64,000 nt of DNA from Eutreptiella sp. 'Long Island Sound 2002' (taxonomy: Eukaryota; Protista; Euglenida). The notes beneath the pieces are model-generated. The model searched no databases. It was not told where the DNA came from and saw nothing but the letters and a program-made list of their open reading frames with translations. The number at the start of each line of letters is the position of its first letter. The first letter of the stretch is position 1. The stretch covers positions 10,664,001-10,728,000 of the forward strand of contig OZ038378.1 in assembly GCA_964036045.1 (NCBI GenBank). The letters run 5' to 3'. Positions 14,860 to 28,179 of this stretch are shown piece by piece. The translations under genes were made by a program, and so were the position numbers.

Positions 14860-17800
14860 TTACACCTGCTGACTTCCATGCGGCAGCTGCGCACCGGCTC
14901 CTTCCAGCTCTGGATGGCGGTATTGGCAGCGGTGTTTGTGCTTACACCCACTCCCGTATTTGCAGTGCGTAGCCGATTCTCTGGGCTCTGGATGCCGGTA
15001 TTTGCAGCTGCGTGTGTACTTGCAGTCATTTCCATACGGACATTCTTTTGTGTCCACATGATTTGTGACAGGGGCATGCTTTGCCACAGAAACCTTCTGT
15101 CTGCCGTTGCGATCATGTGTCACAATAGCATCAGGTGTCACCATGGGATCGTGTGTCTCCACAGGTCCACGGGTACTGAGAGGGCCATTCATGGCATGAT
15201 CCACGGCATCCGAACGTCTCGCTTCGTCGAATTTACGGGATGGTGGGGCCTTGGACTGCTGGCAAAACTGCTCATAGAAAGGCTGGAAATTGCCTTTGGG
15301 ATTGTGGAGTTGACAAGAGTTGTGGTCGTCAAAGATGGCGAACACGATGCGGCGGAAAGCCCCGGCAAAGGGCGGGGTGCTGAGGGCCTTTGCAAAAATC
15401 TCCGCAACGTGACCCGGGGGATTTCTGAAGGCGCCACAACCTGCGCACGCGTGCGGTGAGCCGGGGATTTGATTGGGACGTCGCGCGGGTTGCGTAGCGA
15501 TGGATGGTGGTGGGGCGCCGTGAGTGGCAGGGGGGCAGTGTGGAGTTGGAGCGGGTGCGTGTGGCCGAGAGAAAGTGAAACATGGACCCACAACGTACCG
15601 CAAAGGCTGGGCTGCCGTTGACGGAAAGAGCAGACGATAACGCACGCTGGAACCGGTGCACCCGAATCGAAACACGACACCCCTGGACCAACCCCCGGCA
15701 CACCGTCCTCAGCCCCGGAGAGTTGTCCTCCCGTACAGCCCCCCACGCCGTACCAATGCCTCTTCTGCGACCCCGTCCACAGAAGTGTTTGGGAAGCAAG
15801 AGCGCGCCCAAAGTTCTGCGCCGTAACAATGGCGAGGTTTGGAACTGCCTCAGCACCGCGATGGCATGTGACCGGAACGAAGGCACGCTCACTGCGCCCC
15901 CGCCCACATCATCGCTGACGACCGGTGGCTGTCATGCAACACAATCGGGAGCCGGTACAAAACGACGCAGTGGGTGCCCCACACGGAAACGGCAGAGTCA
16001 TGGCACGGAAGGAACCCGCCCAGAAGCGCCAGGGCAGAGCCCGGCCGGGTCCCCAGCGGAGCCCGGATCGCCCGGTGAAGGCAGCAGCTGTTTGGCCGTG
16101 ATCCGACGGCCGTGACCCGACGGTAGAGGCAACGGTTTTGTATGCCTTGATGGCTCTGTGGGAGTTGAGCAGCACCTACCCCTTGCCACTGATGTAGGGG
16201 TGTAGGGGTGTGCCCCGCCTCCCCCCTCCTTGACATCTCCCCCCCAATGCCGTGACGCTCCCCTCCTCAGGGGTAGGGGGACGGTCATGAAGTGACGTCA
16301 CTGTGGGGGGGTGCTACCACACAAGGGGAGCACTAAAACTGCAGCAGTTCCAGTATGACCTGAAGGAAAATTTTTCTTCGGCGCCTGGTATTTCTTATGC
16401 TTTTGGGGCCAATGGACGGTTCCCCCCGCCCAAGGGGGGGGGGGGGGTTGCAAAGGGAGGGGGGGGCAGAAGAGGCTTGGGTGTAGAATTGGTCGGGCGG
16501 TGTTCGGCCACAAGGGATGCCCACTGGGCCCTTCAAGGGTTCTTGCCAATGGGGGAGAGCCCCGCGGGCCCTCCCTCTACGCCCCAGCGGGGCCAATGCC
16601 ACATCCCATCCACCGAGGCTTGGGCGCACGTCTCGTCGTAATGTCGGGGCCTTGCCTCAGGCACGGCATCGCCCGAACCCCGCAACCACCGCAAACCGAA
16701 CGGAACGCCGGCACCGCACCACATACCTAAGGCGCTCAGCACCACGGCGTCATGCTCGTTTTGCTGCGCGGCTGACAACAAAGTGGCGATCTTATCAAAG
16801 AGGGCACTTGCGGCGGAAGAGTTCAAACGATACCCCCCTTTTGTGGGCACGAGACGGGGCCCATTCTCCGCAGCCGCCGCCACAAAACTCAGCCTGTACA
16901 CCTCCGGCAGGTATTGGTACCCGGTGGCCTGACTGCTGCGGAACACGTTGACATTGGACGTGTAAACCACCTGCAACACGACACGCCACGCATTGCTTGC
17001 ACGTGTCCATCACACCGCCCTCTCCGGCCTCGGGTGCGGGGCAATTGGAAGGGGGCGGAGACGGTCTGAATTCGCGCAAGTTCGGCGAACGACGTCGGAT
17101 TCACACACAAGAGCCCTCACGGCAGGTCACGGCGAACTCGCATCACAATAGAGGCCTCAGCGCATGTCAATCAAATGCGGCAAATTTCGGCCCTGATTTT
17201 GAATTCATCAAGTCCGGCCTGATGCCCTTATTGCCTCAGAATAGCGGCGTGCACAACTTGTATGAGCTCCACATCGTCCACATCTCAAAAATAAGCCATT
17301 GAGTCAGAATGCGGTGCAGATTATGGGCACGGTACACATTGTGTGGACACTGTGTACCGTGTGCGGACACTGTGCACATGTTTGTATATGTACAGCCCTC
17401 CCCCCTTTAGATTGGACCCCCCCCCAAGGTACAATGGCATTCACGACACGTTAGTTGTCATGGATAAGTGCACCGTTTGACATACAAATTTTTGAAAAAC
17501 TTGTTTGCTTGGCTTTTCTTGATCAAAGGACACGCGGTAAGCCCAATCTGACTGACATCGACATGCTACCCCCAAACCCATCCAGAACGGAAACATACTT
17601 TTGGAGATCATAAGTGTTGGGAGTTGGATTGAGGCGACATAAATGGTCCGCCAGGTCATAAATGGCCAATTTACCTTCCACCCAAAGGAACAAGAAGACC
17701 CCCTGCTGAGACTTCATCCCGAAATCAAACGCGCATCCCAGGCCATGGCATCACCCCACATGCCTTTTTATGTATCGGGTAGTGCTTGCTCGTTGCGCAC

Positions 17801-19582
17801 TTACTATAATCCGATCGGCGGAAGAGGTTCTCCTCCTGGGCGGCTGCCCCTGCCAGGTACCCGCCCCCAGGGCCGGTTGCACAAGCCATGTTGAGCACCA
17901 CAGGGTTGAACCCCTCATCTTGCAGCGCTTTTGCTGCCTCCAAGCAGTCAATGTTCAACACGTCCACGGGTGTTGATGTGGGGACGCTAATGCCAGAGTC
18001 GCCAGCAGGACTGCGGAGGGGAACAATAAAGCGTACATAAGGCGCTCACTCAGGGTGTACAACACAGCAGGTGGTGCGAGTAACAGGACGGATTAGATGT
18101 ACGACAACCCGCCCCCCCTCTAAACCGGGGGCAATTTTCCAACAAATTGGGGCAACAAATCAGGGGACCACTTTCAGCAGCTTTTCGGCATGGTTCTCGG
18201 CAAAACAGCTGCCCGGTGACCTGGATCTTGGTCCCAGGCCCCAAACACACCTTCCTTTTGGTTGTTGCACAGATGGAGTCACGTGGAAACCCAAAATCTC
18301 TCTCAATTTTCGAAAAACATTTTCACCCTTCGGTCTGTACATGGTCCTTGAGCAGTAGCATGTCAGGCACAGTCAGTGACCCAGTGGTCATCGCACTGGT
18401 CTTGCAGTCGAATGTTGCTGGTGCCAGTCCCACTGTGACCACTTGTATCACCTGCCTTGGAGTGGTCAACCTGATGGAAAAATTGTTTTTGCATGCACTA
18501 CAAAGGCCTACAAAGCCTGCTTCAACAAAACGAATGCATACAGGAATCCCATCTACGAGCGTTTGCAACCAAAGATAGATATCACAGGCCATGGAGGAGC
18601 CTGTCCACACAAGAAGTAAGACGCCTGGACACGAAAACTTGTCCATTATTGACAGGGCTCCAAGAATCCAACAAATCAGGGTACAAAATCGGGGCAAATT
18701 GGGGAAATCAGCCCCCGATTTTGGGGGGGGGGGTTGGGTTGAGTTGGTATGAGCTTAAAGGCTACGCAGTCTCCCTGCCATTTGCCATGTGCCCTGCAGG
18801 CCTACAAAGCAGTTGTTGGTCAGGTATGACGCACGAAAGAGAACGGACGTGCATAGCGCCGCATGGTGTGGCGTGCTGTGCAGCAGCGCAAAAGAAGGCT
18901 ATGTGGAGGCAGTATCCCTCTCAAGCCATGCCGTGCCATGATGTGCAACCACTGCACAAGAAGCATCCCTCTCAAAAGATGCCACGCCACGTTGTGCAGC
19001 GTTGCACGAGAAGTATTCTCGAGCCATGCCTGCCTTCTTGTGCAGCACAACCGAAAAAGCATCCCTGTTTCATCACCATTGGGTGTGTGTGTCGCTTCTA
19101 CTGGTCTTCCGCAACTGGATGTGAGATTTGGGACTTGCATTTGTGCGGTGCTGTGAGCTTGTTTAGTAAGTCTCTGAGTTGTAATCGCACCTAGAGAGTT
19201 TTCAAATTGTACAACTTCAACTTGGCAACCTGTGCATGACCCCAGCAAGCGCAAGCAAGTGTCAGCCTTTGTCATGGCAAGCTGACACCAAATGCACGCA
19301 GGGAGCACAAAGCCGTTCTTGGTACCTGAAAGGCTTGCACACAAAGACTTGGGTCCTACTGGGAGGATCAGTGGGCAATGCAACCACTTTGCCATCTTCT
19401 GTCATGTACAAGCCGTCCTTGCAAGTTACCAACGTCTGCTGTATGATCTCTTTCAGGCATTGCCGGGTTCTCCCTTGAATTCTTGCTTCTGCAAATTTCC
19501 TTGACCATAATGTTGCATTGTGAGGCGGTGCTTGAGCACATACTGCTGCAGATCGGCGGCGTAACGCCGGGTTCTGAGCCAT
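14860..19582 (-). CDS. TIGR02452/DUF2263-type (microbial PARG-like) macrodomain protein with two C-terminal CCCH zinc fingers; 4 exons, join(19582-19326, 18010-17764, 16970-16727, 15440-14860), ~442 aa
   Basis: Family motifs VLNMACATGPGGGYLAGAAAQEENLFRRS, YPI...VVYTSNVNVFRS, AVVLSALG|CGAFRNPPGHVAEIF and FRRIVFAIFDDHN are present. Intron phases 2/0/1 keep the frame. The second donor is ambiguous (GC at 17763 or GT at 17754). The C-terminus has CPYGNDCKYTRSCKYRHP and CKYGSGCKHKHRCQYRHP. The 3' end could extend via a GTAAGT overlapping the stop. Confidence 0.85.
18905..19066. repeat. ~51-bp degenerate tandem repeat (~3.5 copies) in intron 1 of the macrodomain gene
   Basis: AG[TC]AT[CT]C[CT] anchors at 18911, 18962, 19012 and 19058. 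Confidence 0.65.
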
Positions 19583-21091
19583 GAAGAGGTAAACCTGAAC
19601 ACCACTCTGGAGGCATGGTAGATATGAAAACTCCGAACCGTCCCATATTGACACTGATATCCCAAGCACTTGTGACACCACCACCATGATGGCAACTAGT
19701 TACAGCAGGCACCTGCTGGTTGATTCTGTTTGTGTTTGGCTTTGTTCTCATGGCCTATTCATGGCCTAATCAAAATAAAGGGGGTTCATGTAGCCATGCG
19801 CACTTGATCGGTGTTGGAAGCTTGACCAGGATATTTGGACAGCAACCCTCAAAATTTGTATGCATTTTCTGCATTCATTGCTATCAACCGTATGATATGC
19901 CCTTTATGATATACGGTGTTGTTGCTTTTTTTGCTTTCAGCAACATGGTTCGCCGGCAGCGAAGGGTGGTTCCCAGGGCTAGCAAGATCAGAATCATATG
20001 GCATCGCTAAGACAGGCCTACCCCTCGCAAGAGAGGGAACACTGTCTTCTCCTGGCGATACTACAGAGGAAGCTGCTTGGGGATCAGCCATGCCTTTACT
20101 GTGAAAGGCCAACCAAAGAAAGCAGTACATTATCTTTCAAAGAACAGTTGCAGATACCAGTGTGTGTGCAAGCTGCAAGAAGATCTGTGTGCGATTCAGT
20201 GTGTGACATTGGCGAACAGTGGGGAAGTGCGGGAGCAGGAGGCAAAGTGCAGTGGGGTTAGCCCTCATCAGTGTGCCCTTTCTGACATATGGTGTGACAC
20301 TAATGTTGGCAGTGCATTGGATGTCTGCGATTTGGATGATCCTAACTGTGCATAGCTGTGTCCTCAATCAGATGTACAAGAGTGCCCAAAAGGTAAGTTA
20401 TGGTTCTGTCATTCTTGTATGGAGCTTGACACATGCAAGGCCCATGCTTGTGTGCCCGAAGCTGTAGATGGGCAGCACTAATGTATTCCTTGGTCCTTTG
20501 GCCTTGTGAAGGAACTGTGTCTGGCGGAGTGAAAGCTTCCTTGTCTGTATGCTTTATAAAAAGAAATGGCTTCGTTTCGCTTTGCTCTTGTGACGCTGTC
20601 TTGCAGGGAGGTTGTGTGAACAATGTGTTCTACTTGGCATCAACTAACCGCATATCTTCAAGGAGGGGCTGATTTCAGGCAACGTTCAGTCTTTCTCGGT
20701 ACATGGAGGGTGCTGAAGTGTAATCCTCCTCTACTCATTCTGTATTGGAAGTGCCCACCACCCCCTCCCCATGTTATTGGCCTAGGGCCAGGATTTTTTT
20801 GAATAAGTTGGCCCATGGCTTTTTGAGGATATGTTCCCCTGGCACGTGCCCAGCGCGCCTGGCATCCAAATGAATGTTCCGGCCATCTATCACAATGCTT
20901 TACCCCCAAACATCACTCCCTCCTCTAGCCCAGGAGCCCTAAGCACAAGGACATTGTACAACTGTTGGCGATCAATTAAATTCCCATTTTTTCCCAATAA
21001 ATGGGACGATCACATGCACCCTACCCTTGAAGGCCGCATCATGGCAACCCACCTCAAAATCAAAGAATCCCCCTCTTGTGCGTGATGGACC

Positions 21092-21143
21092 ACTCAAGTG
21101 GCCACACCAAAGAGTGGGAGTCCTTAACCCCAACTTGAGGGGC
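21092..21143. repeat. Orphan monomer of the 41-bp satellite found at 48-49 kb
   Basis: actcaagtggccacaccaaagagtgggagtccttaaccccaacttgaggggc matches the satellite consensus. Confidence 0.85.
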
Positions 21144-22346
21144 ATGTCAACGGCTCCCCCACCCAAAACGAAGAATCATCCCCCCCCTCCTGTCGCCTGT
21201 CGCTGGACACACTTGAACTTGAGTCAGTCTGGCATGGGCGACATGGGCGACCATTGAGATGGGGAGGGGGTGGTACGCCTCTTCGGGTATTGCAATGGTT
21301 TTATGGCAGTAGGGGGGGCAGTGCGCATCTGGCAGCCATGTGCCGTGTGGTGTCCCGCACTGCTGTAGCATGGGTATACTGACCACAGTAATTTTCACCT
21401 CGTTCTCAATGCTGGCTTGGCAAAGCTTGGTCCCGGCCACCACCCGTCATGGGCGTTTGTGCAATGCCACCATGTGCCCACCCCCCACCCCACCCACCCA
21501 CCCACTCGTGTCCAACAAACAATTTCGTCCTAAAAAAAATACGATCCGAACAGGAGTGTTCGCCGGACACACCGTTCGGTGCGCACGACAATATTGTGAA
21601 ACGGCGGTAACACATCCCTGTGCACAAGTTCCCCAGCCCATTTAATTAGCCTTCAATTAGCTCTTTTCAGAGTAGAAGCCCCTGTTGTGGTCCCGCCTTA
21701 TTCAGAAAAGTTGAACATGTTCCCCGGGCTTGGGGCCCTTCTTGTTCTTGGCATGGGCAGAAGTGGTGGTATTGCTTGGAAAGCACCTCCCGGCCAGGTG
21801 CAAGCAGGAGAATCAGTCATGGTGGGCAATAGAGGTCCAGTAAGTTGAGGGACACCATTCCCTCACAACCTGCTTTACAAATTTGCCCACCATTACTGCA
21901 AGATACATGACAACAGCCCCTCATTTCCCCAAACCTTTAGCCTGAAACCGCAGTTCTGGAGCCCGGTTTCTAATTAAGTGCCTAATTAATTAGGTCATCA
22001 AAAAAATACGGTCCAAACGGAAGTGTTCGTTGGACACAGTGTTCATTGGACAAGGCGGGCAGGAACCATTGCAGTGCAAGCAGTGCTGAGGATTCAGGTA
22101 CTCACTTCCACCTGTTGCCAACCAAAATAAACCCCGAATAAAAAGTTGCGCATCTTCTTATTTATTTGCGTCTTCTTATTTGGTGTGTCTTCTTATTTTG
22201 ACAGTGCCAGATTTTGTCACTTGGGGACAGGGGAAAAAATAGCGTAGCACAGTAAAGACAAAACCATTGGGAAGGAGAACTGTCCTACCCCCCCCTTCCC
22301 TGTTAGGTGTATATGCCTGTGCCCCCTGCCCTGTGCCCTGTCCCTT

Positions 22347-22950
22347 GTGTACCAGTCCCATGTGACACACATCATGCAAACATTTGATGCTTTTGATGGT
22401 GATGCCAATGAAGCACGGCAACATGATGAACCGGTTGTGGATGACAGATTTTACTGCTATTCATATCTGCAACCTGAAAGTTTGAAGGTTTGGGTCAACC
22501 TGGATGAGATACCAGCATCCTTAGCTGGCATCATGGGGATCCCAGTCACTTTGCAGCATAAGAATGTACAAAATGTGAAGATGTGTGTGGATGAAAAACA
22601 TTTCAAACGCTTGGGAACGCTCATTGCTGTACTTGCTGTACAGTCCACAGAAAATGGTTTTGCACCCAGGCACATGGATCCTGCAATCATTCTGAAATCT
22701 CAGGAACGAAAAGTGGTTGCAAATCCTGGCAATTTACTTGTGGTGAGCAATGCAACAGGTGTAATCAACTCCGCATATATGTGTGACTCTTTTTTGCATT
22801 ATTTGCTGAAGCAGGTGCAGAAACTTCCAGGGGAAGCTGTCATTATCATGGATTCCGCAAGCGCCCATTTGTCAGAAGAGGTGCTAGCAGCGTTTAGGGC
22901 TGCAGGCCTACGGTTTGCAATTATTCCAGGTGGTCTGACTTGCTTCATTC
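22347..22950 (+). mobile_element. pogo/Tigger-type (DDE_1) transposase remnant, truncated before the third catalytic Asp
   Basis: WVNLDEIP (first Asp), KRLGTLIAVL, PAIILK, IIMDSASAHLS (second Asp) and AIIPGGLTCFI are present. The expected QPLD motif is replaced by unrelated sequence from ~22950. No TIRs were located. Confidence 0.85.
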
Positions 22951-23781
22951 ATGCCTATCCGATTGCTGTGGGGTCGGGGGCTGGTTCATGCCGGGGCCAG
23001 CACCCCTGAGAAAAGGCTTATGGGATGGGACGCTGCCAAGGTATAGAGGATATGTGTATAAGGTTCTCTCTGGGGCGAGTGCCCCGGAAATAAAAGTTAC
23101 AGGTAACTGTATTGGATGATCTCAGGGCAATACAGGCTCTACCGTGCATCGTATGAACGGACACAGAGCAATACCTGATCTGTGGGCAATGAATGAGCCG
23201 TGACAGATGGGTGCACAGTCAAAGGGCAAAGTCTGTGCAGTGCCAGAGCAACAAATGGTCAAACAAGTGATGCATAGTTAATGACAAATGAAAAGGAAAA
23301 GGGTGCCTACGAGCTGGCACGGGGAAGCAGCTACCGGTACCGGCCGGAGGAGACTCCCACCCAGTCCCCCGTTGCCAAGTGCCCTGAGGGCCCAGCAGTT
23401 GCACAAGCGGGGGTGGGGAACCAATAACGACTCATAAGGTGTATGGTTTTGAAGGCGAGGGGTGGGTCCTCGCCAATCTTTTCAACTCGGAGCCAAAACT
23501 TCTCGGTCCCCCTCTTAGGGGAGACCCCCCTCTTCTGGCCTTTTGGCGGTGTCCTGAGGACCAGCAGGCCCCCACACCACGACGAGGTCTCCGGTCCCAG
23601 GGTCTGAGGGGACGTGGGGGTGCGGGGGGTTGCGTGTTTGTGTGCGGTTGAGGGTTAGAGTCAGGAGAGTGTAATATGGAGGCACTGGCCTACTGTCGTC
23701 CATCGTATTTGGGAGGGAAACACATGAGGTCATCAGGGACCGTGCACACGGGTGGTTGGGGGTGGGGCCTCTGTTCCTCGT

Positions 23782-26700
23782 CTACAGACTCCTGCCCAGC
23801 ACTGCCACGGCTGCAGAGCCCACCCTCAGCCATGACCACAGTGCCGTGCCGCCGGCACCCGTCTCCACCGTCCCCGAGAACACGGCATAGCCGAGGGCCG
23901 ACAAAGACACTGCAAAGAAATACGGGGCGAACTGCTGGTACATGCGATGGGGCGCCACCACAGCCTTTGTTGTCTCCACCAGCTCCCCGGCACCCGCGGA
24001 GGCAGCAGCCTCTGTCATCACCGCTGCGCGCTCTTCTGGAGTGGCCTTGAGCAGCCAATACCTCTCCGAATGCAGTGTCTGTCGCATGTAGACATACGGG
24101 AACCGCAGCAATGCAGAGGTTGCGTCGAAGGGCACCTGCACAGCAGAGGCGGCAAGAGTCGTGTCAGAGAAACGGTGAGGACACGGGGATCGGGAGTGAG
24201 TGGGTCCAATGACATTCATCGTCGGCTGTCTTATTGGTGTACTTCCGAACTACGTACGAACAGCGCAGAGATTTTCCGGAAGTATGTGGGAAGAACGCAA
24301 CTCAGTCTGAAGAACTACACCCTGTACACCCTGTACACGGATGAGACAGCTGCTCATCGTGTTCAAGCTCAAAGGTGAACTCGGCCAGGGAGCGCTTGCA
24401 TCTGCTCTCCGTTCAACTCGTGTCAATGGCCCAACCCCCGTGACCCTGCGCTGAGAAATCACTGCCAATGCCTGTGACCCACTGACGTACTACCTGACCC
24501 CCCCCCCTGCCCCCACCGACCCCTGACCTCTCCCTCCAGGAGGCAAAGGCTTCCGCCAAACGCAGCAATGGCTTGGCTGTGGTACACCCAAATTAACCGA
24601 CTGCTCACCGACAAGTTCGTGAGTCTACGTCTGGCGGGATCAATAAAGAATGGCAGAGGAAGGCGCAGGGCAGAGGCGGAGGAAGGCTCCGGTGTGAGTG
24701 TATCCCTTCTGGTTCAGGGGGGTCCCCACGACGCCCTAGAGCTCGGATAGCCTGCCGTTTCCAGCGCTTCCTGAGCCTCGGACCCGATTGCATGACCACG
24801 GACACACACGCCCCATGCGAACACAGCAGGGCCCTATGCGACGTGCGGGGGGCGGCCGCGAACCTGCGCCATGTGGAAGGCCTTCTGGGGCTCGTATTTC
24901 TTGTACAAAGCCATGGCCTTGACGATCAGGTGCTCCCACGGGAGATCGTGCGGCACTTTGGTCAGCAGCGAGTGGACCTCCGGGAAGGAGCACTCGGTGC
25001 GCAGGACCTCCCGGCGCCGCTGCAGCACGACGGCCACGGACAGGTACATGGGCATCAGCGGGTGTGTGGCCAAGAAGAAGTCGAAGAGGCGCGCCACCAC
25101 CGCCAAGTGCTCGTCCAGGGCATGGGCGAACCACGTCAGCATCCACGACAGCGCAAAGTGGCAGCGGTCATCGAAGCCCGCGCCGCAGAGGAACTGGCCC
25201 AGGAGCGGGTCCTCAGCGGTGATGATGGGGAGCATGAGCTGCAGCACCGCCAGCACCCCGTCGATGGTGGGCGTGAGGTACTCGCGGAGGTGGCAGTGCA
25301 TGAGGCGCAGCAGCAGTGGCGCAGCAGTGACCTCCGAGACCTGCACCAGCAGGACGCTGGCAATGTCGTGCAGCCCCTGGTAGTAATTGAACCTGCGCAA
25401 TGGACCAGAGCCTCACCCAGGCTGCACACAAGGGCGCCACCCAAGCCCTACCCAAGCGAGACCCATGCCAAAGAGAAGAGGGCGGACTCAGCCAGTGGCT
25501 TTTCCCGCTCGGCCCGGACAATGGTACCTGAGATAGCATCGGAGTGCAGCCCAAGACAATTAGGGGCATGTTGTTTTGTGTGAAAAATGTACCTCGTGTA
25601 CAAAAAAAATCGCCGGGAGAGCTGCCAAAAAGGGTTGCCCTGGTCTGAGATCCTCAAAAGCCCCCACCATCTGAGATGTGCCTGATATGGGCACAGTCTT
25701 GCCCCCTTTTGCCGAGGACATCATTATCATGACATGCGGCATGTCACCAAATTGCACCACTGAGGTTGTGGGGTTTTCAATTGGGGGGGGGGGGGGGCAC
25801 GAAAAAGAGCTCAATTTAAAGGACCTTCCAAAACCATAGGACTTACTTGCTCTCCATGGTTGCAGTGCTTGTGTGCGGCACTTGGGCCCTGGTCATTTCC
25901 AGCCACAGAGTTGTGGAGCACCACAGGTGTGTAGTGCCCCACCATGACCTTCCACGATTACCACACTAGCTACGAGGAGTAACCCCTGCCATATTAGGTG
26001 GCTACAACAGGGAAGGTTTGGATAGCGCCTTGAATAATTAGGCCCCTGGCGTCTATAAGATGATGTGGGGCCACGGGTCTGGCACCATACGTTATCAGAG
26101 CAACGACCCACTTCCCTTGCAGAATGTAGTGACTTATGGCCATCCAGGGTAAGTATCTTCAGCAGGGGCACACATAGGGAACATATGCACTGTTGTGGAA
26201 AGTTGTCACACAAGGGGATTCAAGAAATTCAGGGATGTACAAACACCAGTCCAGTTTCCATTTGGCGACCAGCCACTGATATCAATGCCCGTTGCTTGGA
26301 TGGATAAAGAATGAGTGATGTGTTGTTTGCCCCAAAATACAAAACCAGGTACAACTCCAAGGTGACACAGATTCTTTGGTTTTTGAACAAGATGATGTAC
26401 TCAGGGTACACTTTGGAAAAAAGGGCTCAATTGATGAGGACCTTATTCGCAGTGGAGAGCATTGTTGCTAACGGCACACGGACTCCCGACCAGTGTGGTT
26501 AGGAGGCACAAAGAAATACTCGAGCCAGCGACGGCTTCTCCCTGCAGCAGTCTCCGTGTATGAAACTCCAATATCTCGCCGCACCAGTCTCTGCCTGCAG
26601 TAGTTCAGTAGTTCCTGCCAGCCTGGGCTCAGGACCATCCTATAGCAACAATGGGGGGCTGGAAACCCCAACCCCTTCGCCCACTTCCACCCCCCAACAC

Positions 26701-27423
26701 CCCTTCAGGACGCCCATCATGGAAACTACATTCCCCCCTTTCCAGTGGTCCAGCAATGCAAACCCCGGGAATCAAATCGTGGGCATAGCAAAGCCTGAAC
26801 AATGCATTGAATCGTCAGGGCTGTCCACCGTCCTACATAGGGGTTGGGACAATGCCTTTCAGCCTGAAGGCTGATTCGAACAGATGGTGGGTGGGGTGGG
26901 TGGGTGCTTGGTTCAGGGTTGCATGCGCGCAAACAAACAGTGGAACAATCCAAAAAAGTACCCGCAATGTGTAGGCACTGTGCCACCCCCCCCCCCCCCC
27001 CCAGCAGCCATGCATGCAATGCTGTCTGTTGGGTCGGCGGCGTTAGACAACGCAGCGGTGCAGAGGTACATACCCACTGTCCTTGTCCAGCGCCCAGTTC
27101 AGCAAGTCCGTCAGCTGCTGCCGTGCCCCTTCCAGGTCTCGCTTGGACACCAGCCGCCACAGCGACCTCACCACATCCTTCTCCACTTGGTCAGCGTCAC
27201 GGCACACTGGGAACGGCTCAAGGCCATGCTTGCACCCTTCGTAATCCCTTGTGGCCCCATGCGAAATGCCCAGCAGCATGGGCCACACGCGCTTCCGCAG
27301 CTGAGGTGTGACGAGGCCTGAGGCAGCCAACCTGCGCAGCAGCCGCGGGTCTATGGTGTCCTCGTCCAACAAGCACTTGACTACTTTGATCTTGTGCCGC
27401 TCTTTGGGGGTCGGCTTTTTCAT
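23782..27423 (-). CDS. TBC1D20: Rab GTPase-activating protein, TBC1D20/Gyp8 family, with C-terminal hydrophobic anchor; 3 exons, join(27423-27074, 25392-24864, 24135-23782), ~410 aa
   Basis: GLVTPQLRKRVWPMLL, QVEKDVVRSL (Arg finger), FNYYQGLHDIASVLL (Gln finger), FALSWMLTWFAH and RLFDFFLATHPLMPMYLS are present. GT-AG introns of phase 2 and 0 keep the frame. There is a hydrophobic FAPYFFAVSLSALGYAVFS segment and a TAG at 23782. Confidence 0.9.
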
Positions 27424-28179
27424 TATGCCGCCGTGACACCGCAGATGTCAACTACTGCATTCTGATGTGGACTGACACATGGGGACCTAAGCACAAACCG
27501 TTTGTGCAGGGGGACAAACTTTAGGGGGCAAACAACCCCCTGCTCAGCAAACACCGGCAGCAGCACTTGCGGAAACGACGCCTAGTATTCTTTAGACAAC
27601 GGACGCCACCTCTGACAGACTGGGCCAAGTGCCTTTCTTGGGCCTCTTCTTGAAAAGCGTCATGTTGACATCAACCAAATCGTGTCGCAGGTCTCACAAA
27701 CACCGCAAACAAAACATCATCTTGAACCAGCCATTCATGCTGAACCACGCCAGACATGCGGCTTACAGGTCTGTACTCTAGGCTGACTCTTCGTCGTCCT
27801 CACTGTCCTCACTGCCTCTACGACTGTTTGGACGTGTTTGGAGATATAGACACCCAGTACAACTACAAGCACATGTCCAGCTGGCAGACACACAATGTGG
27901 CCAGACACTCTGGAGACTGACAAAGGAAAAGAAAGAATAACAAAACCAGCCACAAACAAGAATGAGAAGAAGGGGACGACGCTCCGCAGACGTTAAGGCA
28001 TCCCATCACAAGAAATGGTTCCCCATCACAGCTACCCTCCCACTGCTTCACCACAAAACAAAAAGCTTCTGTGGTCAGCCACTGATTTGCTGTTTAATTA
28101 GCCGTGGTATGTCGCCACGGACAGAACTTTCTTTCCGGCTGCCCTTTAGCCAAGGCCAAGGCGCAAGCGTCGCTACTTA

